From assembly GCA_017634555.1 (NCBI GenBank), contig JAGBNF010000023.1:3198-67197 (forward strand): a DNA stretch of 64,000 nucleotides, in the 5' to 3' direction. Below, piece by piece: positions 20,396 to 29,906 of the stretch. This stretch comes from Eubacterium sp. Lineage in GTDB: Bacteria; Bacillota; Clostridia; Lachnospirales; Lachnospiraceae. The notes under the pieces are model-generated. The model ran no database searches. It was not told the DNA's origin and worked only from the letters and a program-made list of their open reading frames with translations. Numbering within the stretch: position 1 is the stretch's first letter; every line of letters begins with the position of its first letter. Made by a program: the position numbers and the translations under genes.

Positions 20396-21937
20396 TCACT
20401 CCAAAACGTCCGCAAGTTTAAATGTGGTAAGGCTGTCCGCGTCTATCTGCGGTTCTGAGACTACTCTGCTGGCCTGTCTTTCCACACTTCTTTCGAAGTA
20501 ATTTCTTACCTCTCGGGCATTTGCAAAATTGTCTCCGTGATTCACAGAAATGTCAGCCAGATAGTTCTTTACATGTTCCTCAGCTTCCGTGTCGAGTTTA
20601 TAATCATTTGCAGTACACATATCGTGGAATATCTGGTACATTTCTTCTCCCGTATAATCAGGGAATTCTATGAACTTGTTGAATCTGGACTTAAGTCCGG
20701 GATTCGAATCGATGAATTTCTCCATCTCCTTTGTATATCCCGCTACTATAACTACCAGATCATCACGGTTATCTTCCATTCTCTTCAGGAGTGTATCGAT
20801 GGCCTCCTGACCGAAATCCTCCGATTCCTTCTGACCTGCAAGCGTATATGCCTCATCGATGAAGAGGACTCCGCCCATGGCACTGTCAATGACCTCAGAG
20901 GTCTTAATTGCCGTCTGGCCTACGTAGCCTTCTACAAGGCCGGCTCTGTCCACCTCTATAAACTGTCCTCTGCTCACCACTCCGAGCTGATGATATATTC
21001 TGGCAAGAAGTCTTGCCACTGTTGTCTTACCTGTTCCCGGATTACCCGAGAATACAAGGTGAAGAGATATGTCCGGAGTCTTAAGTCCCAGCTTATCTCT
21101 CATAGTCTTTACCTTAATAAGATTAACGAGACTTGCAAGGCTGGTCTTAACCTTGTCTAGTCCGACGAGTGAATTCAGTTCATCCTGAAGCTCCTCGAGA
21201 GACTTTTCGTTTCTCAGTGCTCCTCCCGGAGCCACATCCATGCCTCTGCCCCTTACAGAATTCGGTTCATCGAATCTGTCCGATACACTTCCCGGACGTC
21301 CTTCGTTTCTGTTTATACCACCGCCGAAACCTATTCTGTCCGGTCCCGGTGATCTGTCACTGCTTCTGCTGCTGTTATTGGAGCTTTTGCCTCCGAATAT
21401 AACCTTATCCCTGTCGTTATCCAGAGTATCGGAACCGTATACGTTAAATCTCTGAACGTAATCGTTCATCATATTTATATACTGTGCAAGTCTGTCTGCT
21501 TCCTTGTCGCTTATTCCGCCGTACGCGATAAACTGTACGCCCGCATCATTGAAACAGTTGACCAGATATTTTGAAAGAGATATTCCGTAGCCCGTTCTTT
21601 GGGACAACGGTGATGTATCATCCGAAACGAAATACATGAGTGACTGCGGTACATTTGCAAGGAACCTGTCGCTGCGGCATCTGTCTGCTACAAACCTTTT
21701 GAAATTCTGCTCTGTTATGATAATGCCAAGATTGGCGTTTATAAACTGAAGCTGAGCCTGCAGATCCTCACTTGTCGGATCATACAGATAACCGAAAAAT
21801 GTTAACATATCATCCTTTAGAAGATTCCTGAGAGACATTCTGGAATTCTTCGGGAAATTGCTTTCCGGCTTTCTGCTGATGATGTCCGCATAATCCAGAC
21901 ATGTATTTATCATTTTATATATGTCTTTAGAAATCAT
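20396..21937 (-). CDS. CbbX/SpoVK/EccA-like AAA+ ATPase with an unknown N-terminal domain
   Basis: LVGLDKVK, HLVFSGNPGTGKTTVAR, LVEGYVGQTA.KT, GGVLFIDEAY, SNPGLKSRF, FANAREVRN; ATG 21937 follows GAGGTG. Confidence 0.9.
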   Translation of the reverse strand: MISKDIYKMINTCLDYADIISRKPESNFPKNSRMSLRNLLKDDMLTFFGYLYDPTSEDLQAQLQFINANLGIIITEQNFKRFVADRCRSDRFLANVPQSLMYFVSDDTSPLSQRTGYGISLSKYLVNCFNDAGVQFIAYGGISDKEADRLAQYINMMNDYVQRFNVYGSDTLDNDRDKVIFGGKSSNNSSRSSDRSPGPDRIGFGGGINRNEGRPGSVSDRFDEPNSVRGRGMDVAPGGALRNEKSLEELQDELNSLVGLDKVKTSLASLVNLIKVKTMRDKLGLKTPDISLHLVFSGNPGTGKTTVARLLARIYHQLGVVSRGQFIEVDRAGLVEGYVGQTAIKTSEVIDSAMGGVLFIDEAYTLAGQKESEDFGQEAIDTLLKRMEDNRDDLVVIVAGYTKEMEKFIDSNPGLKSRFNKFIEFPDYTGEEMYQIFHDMCTANDYKLDTEAEEHVKNYLADISVNHGDNFANAREVRNYFERSVERQASRVVSEPQIDADSLTTFKLADVLE

Positions 21938-22099
21938 TTTTGCTGTCACCTCACAATAATATAATTATATACTTTTCTTAAATATGTTGTAAAGCTAACC
22001 TTATGCATATAAATACACTTTATTCATTGTATGATTTTCCCTATTCGAGATGCTATACAGAATATTTTTTGTTAAATCGCCGATTTTCCATAAATTTTC

Positions 22100-22154
22100 T
22101 TTACATTTTTAATTTATCTGTTATACTAAAGAAATCTGTGCTGTTAAAAGCACA
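22100..22154 (+). promoter_or_regulatory. por operon promoter plus a downstream palindrome
   Basis: TTTACA-N16-TATACT with extended -10 TG; TGTGCT-GTTAAA-AGCACA at 22137-22154. Confidence 0.45.
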
Positions 22155-22180
22155 CATTATAATATAAGGAAGTGTCAAAA

Positions 22181-22753
22181 ATGGGAAAACATGTTGAAAT
22201 CAGATGGCACGGACGTGGTGGTCAGGGTGCTAAAACTGCTGCCCTTCTGTTGGCCGATGTTGCCTTTAACACCGGAATGTATGTTCAGGGCTTTCCTGAA
22301 TACGGTCCTGAAAGAATGGGTGCGCCTATTACAGCGTACAACCGTCTTGCCGATAAGGAAATCAGAAATCATTCCAACATTTACAATCCTGATTATGTAG
22401 TAGTTGTTGATGAGACACTGCTCCATACAGTTGATGTAACAAAGGGTCTGTCTGCAGACGGAGGAATTATTATCAACACAGAAAGACCAAAGGATGAGAT
22501 CATTCCTCTTCTCAAGGGATATGAGGGAAAGGTATATACTATCGATGCTCGTACCATTTCTATGGAAACACTTGGAAAGTACTTCCCTAATTCACCTATG
22601 CTTGCTGCTGTAGTTAAGGTAACAGGCATTATGTCACAGCAGGATTTCCTTGAGCAGATGCGTGCTTCATATCAGCACAAGTTTGCAAAGAAGCCTGAAG
22701 TTATTGACGGTAATATGGCTGCTCTCGAGCGTGCCTTCCAGGAGGTGAACTAA
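22181..22753 (+). CDS. porC: Pyruvate/2-oxoacid:ferredoxin oxidoreductase gamma subunit
   Basis: EIRWHGRGGQGAKTA and FPEYGPERMGAP. Confidence 0.93.
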   Translation: MGKHVEIRWHGRGGQGAKTAALLLADVAFNTGMYVQGFPEYGPERMGAPITAYNRLADKEIRNHSNIYNPDYVVVVDETLLHTVDVTKGLSADGGIIINTERPKDEIIPLLKGYEGKVYTIDARTISMETLGKYFPNSPMLAAVVKVTGIMSQQDFLEQMRASYQHKFAKKPEVIDGNMAALERAFQEVN

Positions 22754-22754
22754 T

Positions 22755-23072
22755 ATGGCTAATACTTCAGTAAGAACAGATATTTTTGCAGTTAACGAAA
22801 CTGCTCCATATACAGCAATGACACCGGGTAACGCTGTTGCCGGCGGTGGCGGTGCCAGAGAATTTAAGACAGGCGAGTGGAGAACTTCTACTCCTGTTAT
22901 CGATTGGGATAAGTGCAGTCAGTGTCTGATGTGCGCACCTATGTGCCCGGACAGCTCAATCCCTGTAGAAGACGGAAAGCGTCTTGATTTTGATCTTGAT
23001 CACTGTAAGGGATGCGGTATCTGTGTAGGTGCCTGCAACTTCGGTGCTATTTCTATGAAGGAGGGTCTGTAA
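22755..23072 (+). CDS. porD: Pyruvate:ferredoxin oxidoreductase delta subunit (2x[4Fe-4S])
   Basis: KTGEWRT..P, CSQCLMCAPMCPD and CKGCGICVGAC. Confidence 0.93.
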   Translation: MANTSVRTDIFAVNETAPYTAMTPGNAVAGGGGAREFKTGEWRTSTPVIDWDKCSQCLMCAPMCPDSSIPVEDGKRLDFDLDHCKGCGICVGACNFGAISMKEGL

Positions 23073-23073
23073 T

Positions 23074-24258
23074 ATGTCATCAAGAAGAGACAGAATGTCA
23101 GGTAACGAGGCAGTTGCTCTCGCTATAAAGCAGGTTAATCCTGACGTAATGCCTGCATTTCCAATCACACCTTCGACAGAGCTTCCTCAGATCGTGTCGA
23201 CATACATTTCAAACGGAGATATTGATACAGAGTTTATTCCTGTTGAGTCAGAGCACAGCTCAATGAGTGCTACAATCGGTGCTTCTGCAGCAGGTGCAAG
23301 AGCTCTTACAGCTACATCATCAGCAGGTCTCGCATTCATGTGGGAGGAGCTTTATGTAGCATCATCATTCAGACTTCCTATCGTTCTCTGTCTTGTAAAC
23401 CGTGCACTCACAGGACCTCTTAACATCAACTGTGATCACAGTGATGCAATGGGTGCCCGTGATTCAGGCTGGATGCAGGTTTTCGCTGAGACAAATCAGG
23501 AAGCATATGATAACTTCATTATGTCTTATCGTGTAACAGAGCATCCGGATGTAATGCTTCCTATGATGGTCTGCTATGATGGTTTCATCACAAGCCACGC
23601 AGTAATGAATATCGAAACAATCGATACATCAACAGTAAGGGATTTCGTCGGAACATATCAGCCTGACAATTTCCTTCTTAATAAGGATATGCCTTATGCA
23701 GTAGGTCCTTATGCAAACTCTCCTTTCTATATGGAGACAAAGTTCAACCAGATCACAGCCATGAGAAAGGCTAAGCAGGTTATCCTTGATGTTTGTGCTG
23801 AGTTCGAGAAGATTTCAGGACGTAAGTACGGACTCTTTGAAGAATACAAGATGGAAGATGCAGAGTATGCAATCGTAATCATGGGTTCAGCAGCAGGAAC
23901 AACTAAGGACTGTGTAGATGAGCTTCGTGCCAAGGGTGTTAAGGCCGGCATGATCAAGATCCGTGTTCTTCGTCCGTTCCCTGGTGAAGAGCTTGCTGAA
24001 GCTCTTAAGAACTGCAAGGCAGTTGCTGTTATGGACAGAGCTGAAAACTATTCAACAATGAGCGGTCCTGTAGGTTCGGAGCTTAAGGCTGCTATGTATG
24101 ATGCAGGTCTCAATGTTCCGACGCTTAACTACTACTACGGAATCGGTGGACGTGATTATACTGTTGAATCAGCTGAAGGCGTTTACAATGATCTTCAGGC
24201 ACTTGCATCAGGTTCCGGTACTCCGGAGCAGTTCCAGTATATAGGACTCAGAAAGTAA
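23074..24258 (+). CDS. porA: Pyruvate:ferredoxin oxidoreductase alpha subunit
   Basis: SGNEAVA, AFPITPST, VESEHSSMS and TATSSAGL. Confidence 0.95.
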   Translation: MSSRRDRMSGNEAVALAIKQVNPDVMPAFPITPSTELPQIVSTYISNGDIDTEFIPVESEHSSMSATIGASAAGARALTATSSAGLAFMWEELYVASSFRLPIVLCLVNRALTGPLNINCDHSDAMGARDSGWMQVFAETNQEAYDNFIMSYRVTEHPDVMLPMMVCYDGFITSHAVMNIETIDTSTVRDFVGTYQPDNFLLNKDMPYAVGPYANSPFYMETKFNQITAMRKAKQVILDVCAEFEKISGRKYGLFEEYKMEDAEYAIVIMGSAAGTTKDCVDELRAKGVKAGMIKIRVLRPFPGEELAEALKNCKAVAVMDRAENYSTMSGPVGSELKAAMYDAGLNVPTLNYYYGIGGRDYTVESAEGVYNDLQALASGSGTPEQFQYIGLRK

Positions 24259-24272
24259 GGAGGTACGTAAAA

Positions 24273-25214
24273 ATGGCATATAATCTTAAAGAGGTAATGA
24301 ATAAGCCTGAGCGTCTTACTCCGGGTCACAGACTCTGCGCAGGATGCGGTGCGGCTATTGCAGCAAGAACAGTTCTCAGAGCTCTTAAAGAGGATGACAA
24401 GGCAGTTATCGGAAATGCAACCGGATGTCTTGAGGTTTCAACCTTCATGTATCCTTATACAGCTTATGAAGACAGCTATATACATAACGCTTTCGCTTGT
24501 GCGGGCGCTACTCTCTCAGGTGTTGAGACAGCTTACAACGCACTTAAGAAGCGCGGCAGAATCGAAGAAGATACAACTTATAAATTCATAACCTTCGGTG
24601 GTGACGGCGGTACTTATGATATCGGTTTCCAGTCACTCTCAGGAGCTATGGAGCGTGGACATGATATGGTATATGTATGCTACGATAACGGTGCATACAT
24701 GAATACAGGTATCCAGCGTTCATCAGCTACACCTAGATTTGCAGATACAACAACTACTCCTGTAGGAAGTGAGTCAAACGGTAAGGTTCAGTCACGTAAG
24801 GATCTTGCATCCATCATGGCTGCACACAACATCCCTTATGTAGGACAGTCTACATTCCTCCTCGGAATGAAGGATCTTTATGAGAAGGCTGAGAAGGCTA
24901 TCTACACACCGGGACCTGCATTCCTTAACGTTATGGCTCCATGTCCGAGAGGATGGCGTTTCGATGCTTCAGATATGGTTAAGATCTGTAAGCTCGCTGT
25001 TGAAACATGCTACTGGCCTCTCTTCGAGGTAATTGACGGTAAGTGGATCCTCAGCTACAAGCCAAAGAACAAGCTTCCTCTTGAAGACTTCCTGAAGCCA
25101 CAGGGACGTTTCAAGCACCTTTTCAAGGCCGGAAATGAAGATCTCATCGCTGAGTTCCAGGCTGAGGTTGACAGACGTTGGGAAGAGCTTTTAGTTAAGT
25201 GTGAAAATGCATAA
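24273..25214 (+). CDS. porB: Pyruvate:ferredoxin oxidoreductase beta subunit (TPP-binding)
   Basis: GHRLCAGCG, GGDGGTYDIGFQ, YDNGAYMNTGIQRS and PCPRGW. Confidence 0.95.
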   Translation: MAYNLKEVMNKPERLTPGHRLCAGCGAAIAARTVLRALKEDDKAVIGNATGCLEVSTFMYPYTAYEDSYIHNAFACAGATLSGVETAYNALKKRGRIEEDTTYKFITFGGDGGTYDIGFQSLSGAMERGHDMVYVCYDNGAYMNTGIQRSSATPRFADTTTTPVGSESNGKVQSRKDLASIMAAHNIPYVGQSTFLLGMKDLYEKAEKAIYTPGPAFLNVMAPCPRGWRFDASDMVKICKLAVETCYWPLFEVIDGKWILSYKPKNKLPLEDFLKPQGRFKHLFKAGNEDLIAEFQAEVDRRWEELLVKCENA

Positions 25215-25235
25215 CTTTTAAAAGATAAACATACT

Positions 25236-25279
25236 AAAAGAATCATCATAAAACTTGTTTTTACGATGATTCTTTTTTT
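25236..25279 (+). terminator. Intrinsic terminator of the por operon
   Basis: AAAAGAATCATCATAAAA-loop-TTTTACGATGATTC followed by TTTTTTT. Confidence 0.75.
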
Positions 25280-25349
25280 GCACCCTTACATAAAAATACG
25301 GTATAATTAAATGTTAGTAATCGTTAAATATCATTGAAGGTGAACGAAT

Positions 25350-26051
25350 ATGGCATATGTGGAATTTCAAGATGTAAAGAAACTATATAAGAGCGGCGAG
25401 GTTGAAATCCCTGCCCTTTCCGGCGCAAGCTTCACCATCGAGAAGGGTGAATTCTGTGTTATAGTCGGTGCCTCCGGTGCCGGCAAGACCACCATTCTGA
25501 ATATACTGGGCGGCATGGATACTCTCACATCCGGTCACGTACTTATCGATGGCTCAGACATTTCAACCTATAACAAGAAACAGCTCACGACCTACAGGCG
25601 TTTCGACGTAGGATTTGTATTCCAATTCTATAACCTGGTACAGAATCTTACTGCGCTGGAAAATGTGGAGCTGGCCATTCAGATATGTAAGGATCCGCTT
25701 CCTCCTGCTGACGTACTTGCAGAGGTAGGGCTGTCCGAACGTATGAGGAATTTCCCGTCACAGCTTTCGGGCGGCGAGCAGCAGCGTGTTGCTATAGCAC
25801 GTGCACTGGCAAAGAATCCGAAGCTGCTCTTATGTGACGAGCCTACGGGAGCTCTTGACTACAACACAGGTAAACAGGTTCTGCAGATTCTTCAGGACAC
25901 CTGCAGAAGGACCGGAACCACAGTTATCGTTATCACCCATAACTCCGCTCTCACCGCAATGGCAGACAGAATCATAACCGTTAAGAGCGGACGTATTGAA
26001 AAGGAATATCTGAATCCGAACAGAGTCGATATCGCAGATATCGAGTGGTAA
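25350..26051 (+). CDS. ABC transporter ATP-binding protein (MacB/LolD type)
   Basis: Walker [27 protein letters not shown] and [10 protein letters not shown]. Confidence 0.95.
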   Translation: MAYVEFQDVKKLYKSGEVEIPALSGASFTIEKGEFCVIVGASGAGKTTILNILGGMDTLTSGHVLIDGSDISTYNKKQLTTYRRFDVGFVFQFYNLVQNLTALENVELAIQICKDPLPPADVLAEVGLSERMRNFPSQLSGGEQQRVAIARALAKNPKLLLCDEPTGALDYNTGKQVLQILQDTCRRTGTTVIVITHNSALTAMADRIITVKSGRIEKEYLNPNRVDIADIEW

Positions 26052-26093
26052 GATACTCCTTAAACCTAGATTTAGTGAAACAGGACGAATCGT

Positions 26094-29000
26094 ATGAAGA
26101 ATCATCTTAGAAAAAAAGCTCTGAATAAAACGATTCTCAGAGACATCAGAGGATCCTTCGGTCGCTTCTTTGCGATATTTGCCATAATCGCACTGGGAGT
26201 AGGCTTTTTTTCGGGTGTAAAGATCACAACTCCTGTACTCGTTAACACCATCGACAACCTTTATAAAGATAAAAGCCTCTTCGACTATAAGCTTGTTTCC
26301 ACTCTCGGCTGGGAAGAAAAAGATGTCGAAAAGGTGCGTCAGCGTAAGGACGTGGAATATGCCGAGGGTGCATTTCAATATGACATCATCTGCCTTGATA
26401 AGGATGATAAGGATCTGGTATTCAAAGCATATTCACTGACAGATAATGTTAACGGTCTTATGCTCCGCGAGGGACGTCTTCCTTCATCTCCGAATGAAGT
26501 TCTTATCGATAACAACAATCGGAGCGGCTTTAAGCTCGGTGATACACTGAGACTTTCATCAGCCAATGAAGAATCGGCAATGGAACATTTTACAAACGAC
26601 AGCTTTACCGTAGTCGGATTTGCCGACTCGGTTCTCTATATCAATTTCGAACGAGGCAGCACCTCCCTCGGAAACGGAATCGTAAACGGATTCATATATC
26701 TTACGAAGGATGCCTTCGATGAAGATATCTATACCGAAATATATGTTAAGCTTAACAGCAATTCTGTACTCTTCTCCGATGATTATACGGATGAAATGGA
26801 TGACCTCCGACCTGAGTGGGAGGAAGAGGTAGATGAAGCGGCTCTCGACCGCTATGATAGGATTTATGACGAAGCATCCGAGGAAATAGCCGACGCCCGT
26901 GAAACCCTCGCAGCGGAAAAGGCGGACGCCGAGAAGGAGCTTCGTGATGCAAAGAAGGCGCTGGATGACGGAAAGAAAGAGCTGGATGATGCTTCCAAGG
27001 AAATAGCTGACGGCGAGAAGGAACTGGGTGACGCTGCCATCCAGCTGGGAGATGCCAGAAACACTCTGATAAGTTCCGGATCACAGCTGGATGAAGCCAA
27101 ATGGACGCTGGATAATTCAAAGCTGGAACTCGATAATGCCAAGGCAACTCTCGACAGCTCCGGCGTTGAACTCACAAATTCAAAGAAGACTCTGGATACA
27201 TCAAAGCTGGAGCTCGACAGATCAAAGGCAGTTCTTGATGCATCCAAAAAACAGCTGGATGAATCTAAAGCAGCTCTCGATGCTGCCAAGGCAGAGCTGG
27301 ATAGTAACGAAGCACTGCTCTCCTCAACAAAGGCAACTCTTGATGCTTCAAAGGCTCAGCTGGATGCTTCGAAGACTGAGCTCGACACCTCAAAGGCTGC
27401 ACTCGATGCAGCAGCTGCCCAGATAAGCGAACAGGAAAAGGCACTCACCGCTGCCGAAGCTGAGCTTGCTGCTGCCGAAGAAGCAGGACTGCTTGATGCA
27501 GAAACACTGACTGCTAAAAAGGCCGAGCTGGCGGCAGGACGTACAGCTCTCGATGCTGCCAAGTCACAATATGATACAGGGCTTGCTCAGTGGACTGAAG
27601 GCAGCACTCAGTATGAAGCCGGACTCTCCCAGTGGACTGAAGGTAATACTCAGTACGAAGCCGGACTCGCTCAGTGGAACGAAGGTAAGTCTCAATATGA
27701 TGCAGGGCTTGCTCAGTGGAATCAGGGCAATGCTCAATATGAAGCAGGTCTTGCTCAATGGAATCAGGGTAAACAGCTTTATGACATCGGACTTGCCCAG
27801 TGGAATCAGGGTAAGCTTCAGTACGATAACGGCCTGGCTCAGTGGGCTGAAGGCTATGCTCAATATGAAGACGGACTTGCTCAGTATGAACAGGGACTTG
27901 CCAAATATAATTCAGGCTGGGCATCCTACTATTCGGGACTTAACGACTATAACGAAGGTGTTAAGGAGCTGGAGGAAGGAAAGGCCAAATACGAGGATGG
28001 ACTTAAGGAATATGAAGACGGACTTAAGGAGTACGAGGACGGCATAAAGGAATTCAATGAAAAGATTGCCGATGCCGAAAAGGAGATTGATGATGCCGAA
28101 GAGGAATTGAAGGATCTCGATAAGCCTGAAACCTATCTTCTTGAAAGAAATACAAATATTGCTTATTCATGCTTCGAAAGCGATTCAACCATAGTTGAAC
28201 AGGTAGCCAGAGTATTTCCGATATTCTTCGTTCTTGTTGCAGCACTTGTATGTATGACAACAATGACACGAATGGTTGAGGAACAGCGAGGACAGATAGG
28301 AACTCTCAAGGCTCTGGGATACGACAACAGGGATATATTAAGGAAGTTCACTGTATACTCCGGAACAGCAGCACTTCTCGGCTGTATCTCCGGATACGCA
28401 CTGTGCATTTTCCTCTTCCCTTACATCATATGGGTTGCATATCAGATGATGTATATAAATATTCCTCTCATATACATTTTCGATTGGAAGCTGGCAACAG
28501 TATCTCTCGTTGTTTCACTTGCATGCTCTGTCGATACGACATTCATATCATGCAGGTATGAGCTCGGTGAGACCGCCTCAAGCCTTATGAGGCCAAAAGC
28601 ACCAAAGCCCGGCAAACGAGTTTTCCTGGAGCATATTCCATTTATCTGGAATCGTATGAAATTCCTTCATAAGGTTTCTATAAGAAATATATTCCGCTAC
28701 AAAAGACGTTTCTTCATGATGATAGTCGGAATCAGCGGATGTACCGCACTGCTTCTTACAGCCTTCGGTATAAAGGATTCCGTGGCCGGATTTGCAGAGG
28801 CTCAGTATGGCAGCATACAGATTGCCGATGTAGAGCTCACATTTAAGAACGGTAACGGAGACACAGCTCCACAGGAAATTATAGATATCCTTAACACGGA
28901 TTCCGCTGAATATGTGCCTATACATTCAGCCGCCTGGGATCTTATCTACAAGGATGATATAAAGAACGTAAACCTTATAGCACCCGGACTTTCCTCGGAT

Positions 29001-29819
29001 GCCGACAGAAGCATCTATACGGATAACGCCGGAAAATATACCGACAATCTTGATGCCTTCTTTAAGCTGAATGATACGGAAGGCAATCATCTCTCAGTCC
29101 CATCTTCCGGTGAGGCACTTATAAGCATAAGTATTTCAAGAAGATACGGAATCAAAAAGGGAGACAACATCACTCTTCGTGATGAGGATATGAATGAGAT
29201 TCACGCTGTGGTTACAGGCGTCTTCGTGAACCATGTATATAATTACGTGATTGTATCACCTGACGACCTGAAAAACGATATAAACGGTGCCTATATAAAC
29301 TATCCGGAAGGCGCCGATATACACAGGATGCAGAGCCGTCTTTCAGACTGTGACGATACCGTTTATGTAACGATATTCGAAGACTTTAAGGAACGCATGG
29401 CAAAGATGATGTCCAGTCTTGATTATGTTGTACTTATCATCATTCTCAGTGCTGCGGGACTGGCCTTCGTCGTACTATACAATCTGACGAATATAAACAT
29501 TACAGAGCGACTCCGCGAGATTGCGACCATCAAGGTTCTGGGCTTCTATCCGAACGAAACAGCTCAGTATGTGTTCAGGGAAAATGTGCTGCTATCCTTC
29601 ATCGGTATGCTTGTTGGACTTGGACTCGGTATACTTCTACATAAGTTTGTTATGGCACAGATTGTAGTCGATATGGTCTATTTCAACGAGACCATCAAGT
29701 TCCCCAGCTACATATATTCGATGATACTCACCTTCGTATTCACCTTCCTCGTGAATCTGGTAATGCGTCGAAAACTCGAAAAGATCAACATGGCCGAATC
29801 GCTGAAATCGGTTGAATAA
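26094..29819 (+). CDS. FtsX/MacB-like ABC permease with a long central coiled coil
   Basis: Two FtsX-type TM blocks (EEQRGQIGTLKALGY, ERLREIATIKVLGF) flanking a heptad-rich segment. Confidence 0.9.
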   Translation: MKNHLRKKALNKTILRDIRGSFGRFFAIFAIIALGVGFFSGVKITTPVLVNTIDNLYKDKSLFDYKLVSTLGWEEKDVEKVRQRKDVEYAEGAFQYDIICLDKDDKDLVFKAYSLTDNVNGLMLREGRLPSSPNEVLIDNNNRSGFKLGDTLRLSSANEESAMEHFTNDSFTVVGFADSVLYINFERGSTSLGNGIVNGFIYLTKDAFDEDIYTEIYVKLNSNSVLFSDDYTDEMDDLRPEWEEEVDEAALDRYDRIYDEASEEIADARETLAAEKADAEKELRDAKKALDDGKKELDDASKEIADGEKELGDAAIQLGDARNTLISSGSQLDEAKWTLDNSKLELDNAKATLDSSGVELTNSKKTLDTSKLELDRSKAVLDASKKQLDESKAALDAAKAELDSNEALLSSTKATLDASKAQLDASKTELDTSKAALDAAAAQISEQEKALTAAEAELAAAEEAGLLDAETLTAKKAELAAGRTALDAAKSQYDTGLAQWTEGSTQYEAGLSQWTEGNTQYEAGLAQWNEGKSQYDAGLAQWNQGNAQYEAGLAQWNQGKQLYDIGLAQWNQGKLQYDNGLAQWAEGYAQYEDGLAQYEQGLAKYNSGWASYYSGLNDYNEGVKELEEGKAKYEDGLKEYEDGLKEYEDGIKEFNEKIADAEKEIDDAEEELKDLDKPETYLLERNTNIAYSCFESDSTIVEQVARVFPIFFVLVAALVCMTTMTRMVEEQRGQIGTLKALGYDNRDILRKFTVYSGTAALLGCISGYALCIFLFPYIIWVAYQMMYINIPLIYIFDWKLATVSLVVSLACSVDTTFISCRYELGETASSLMRPKAPKPGKRVFLEHIPFIWNRMKFLHKVSIRNIFRYKRRFFMMIVGISGCTALLLTAFGIKDSVAGFAEAQYGSIQIADVELTFKNGNGDTAPQEIIDILNTDSAEYVPIHSAAWDLIYKDDIKNVNLIAPGLSSDADRSIYTDNAGKYTDNLDAFFKLNDTEGNHLSVPSSGEALISISISRRYGIKKGDNITLRDEDMNEIHAVVTGVFVNHVYNYVIVSPDDLKNDINGAYINYPEGADIHRMQSRLSDCDDTVYVTIFEDFKERMAKMMSSLDYVVLIIILSAAGLAFVVLYNLTNINITERLREIATIKVLGFYPNETAQYVFRENVLLSFIGMLVGLGLGILLHKFVMAQIVVDMVYFNETIKFPSYIYSMILTFVFTFLVNLVMRRKLEKINMAESLKSVE
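27567..27884 (+). repeat. About 7.5 copies of a 42-bp (14-aa) coding repeat QYEAGLAQWNEGxx
   Basis: Degenerate tandem units visible in DNA and protein. Confidence 0.85.
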
Positions 29820-29830
29820 AAGTAAACGCT

Positions 29831-29874
29831 GAAAGCCCTCCTTACCGGAACCACCGGCAGGGAGAGCTTTCTTT
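29831..29874 (+). terminator. Terminator between convergent genes
   Basis: GAAAGCCCTCCTTACCGG-AACCA-CCGGCAGGGAGAGCTTTC followed by a T-rich run. Confidence 0.65.
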
Positions 29875-29906
29875 GTTTCTTTGTTTCTTTAGCTTTATAA
29901 TTTATT

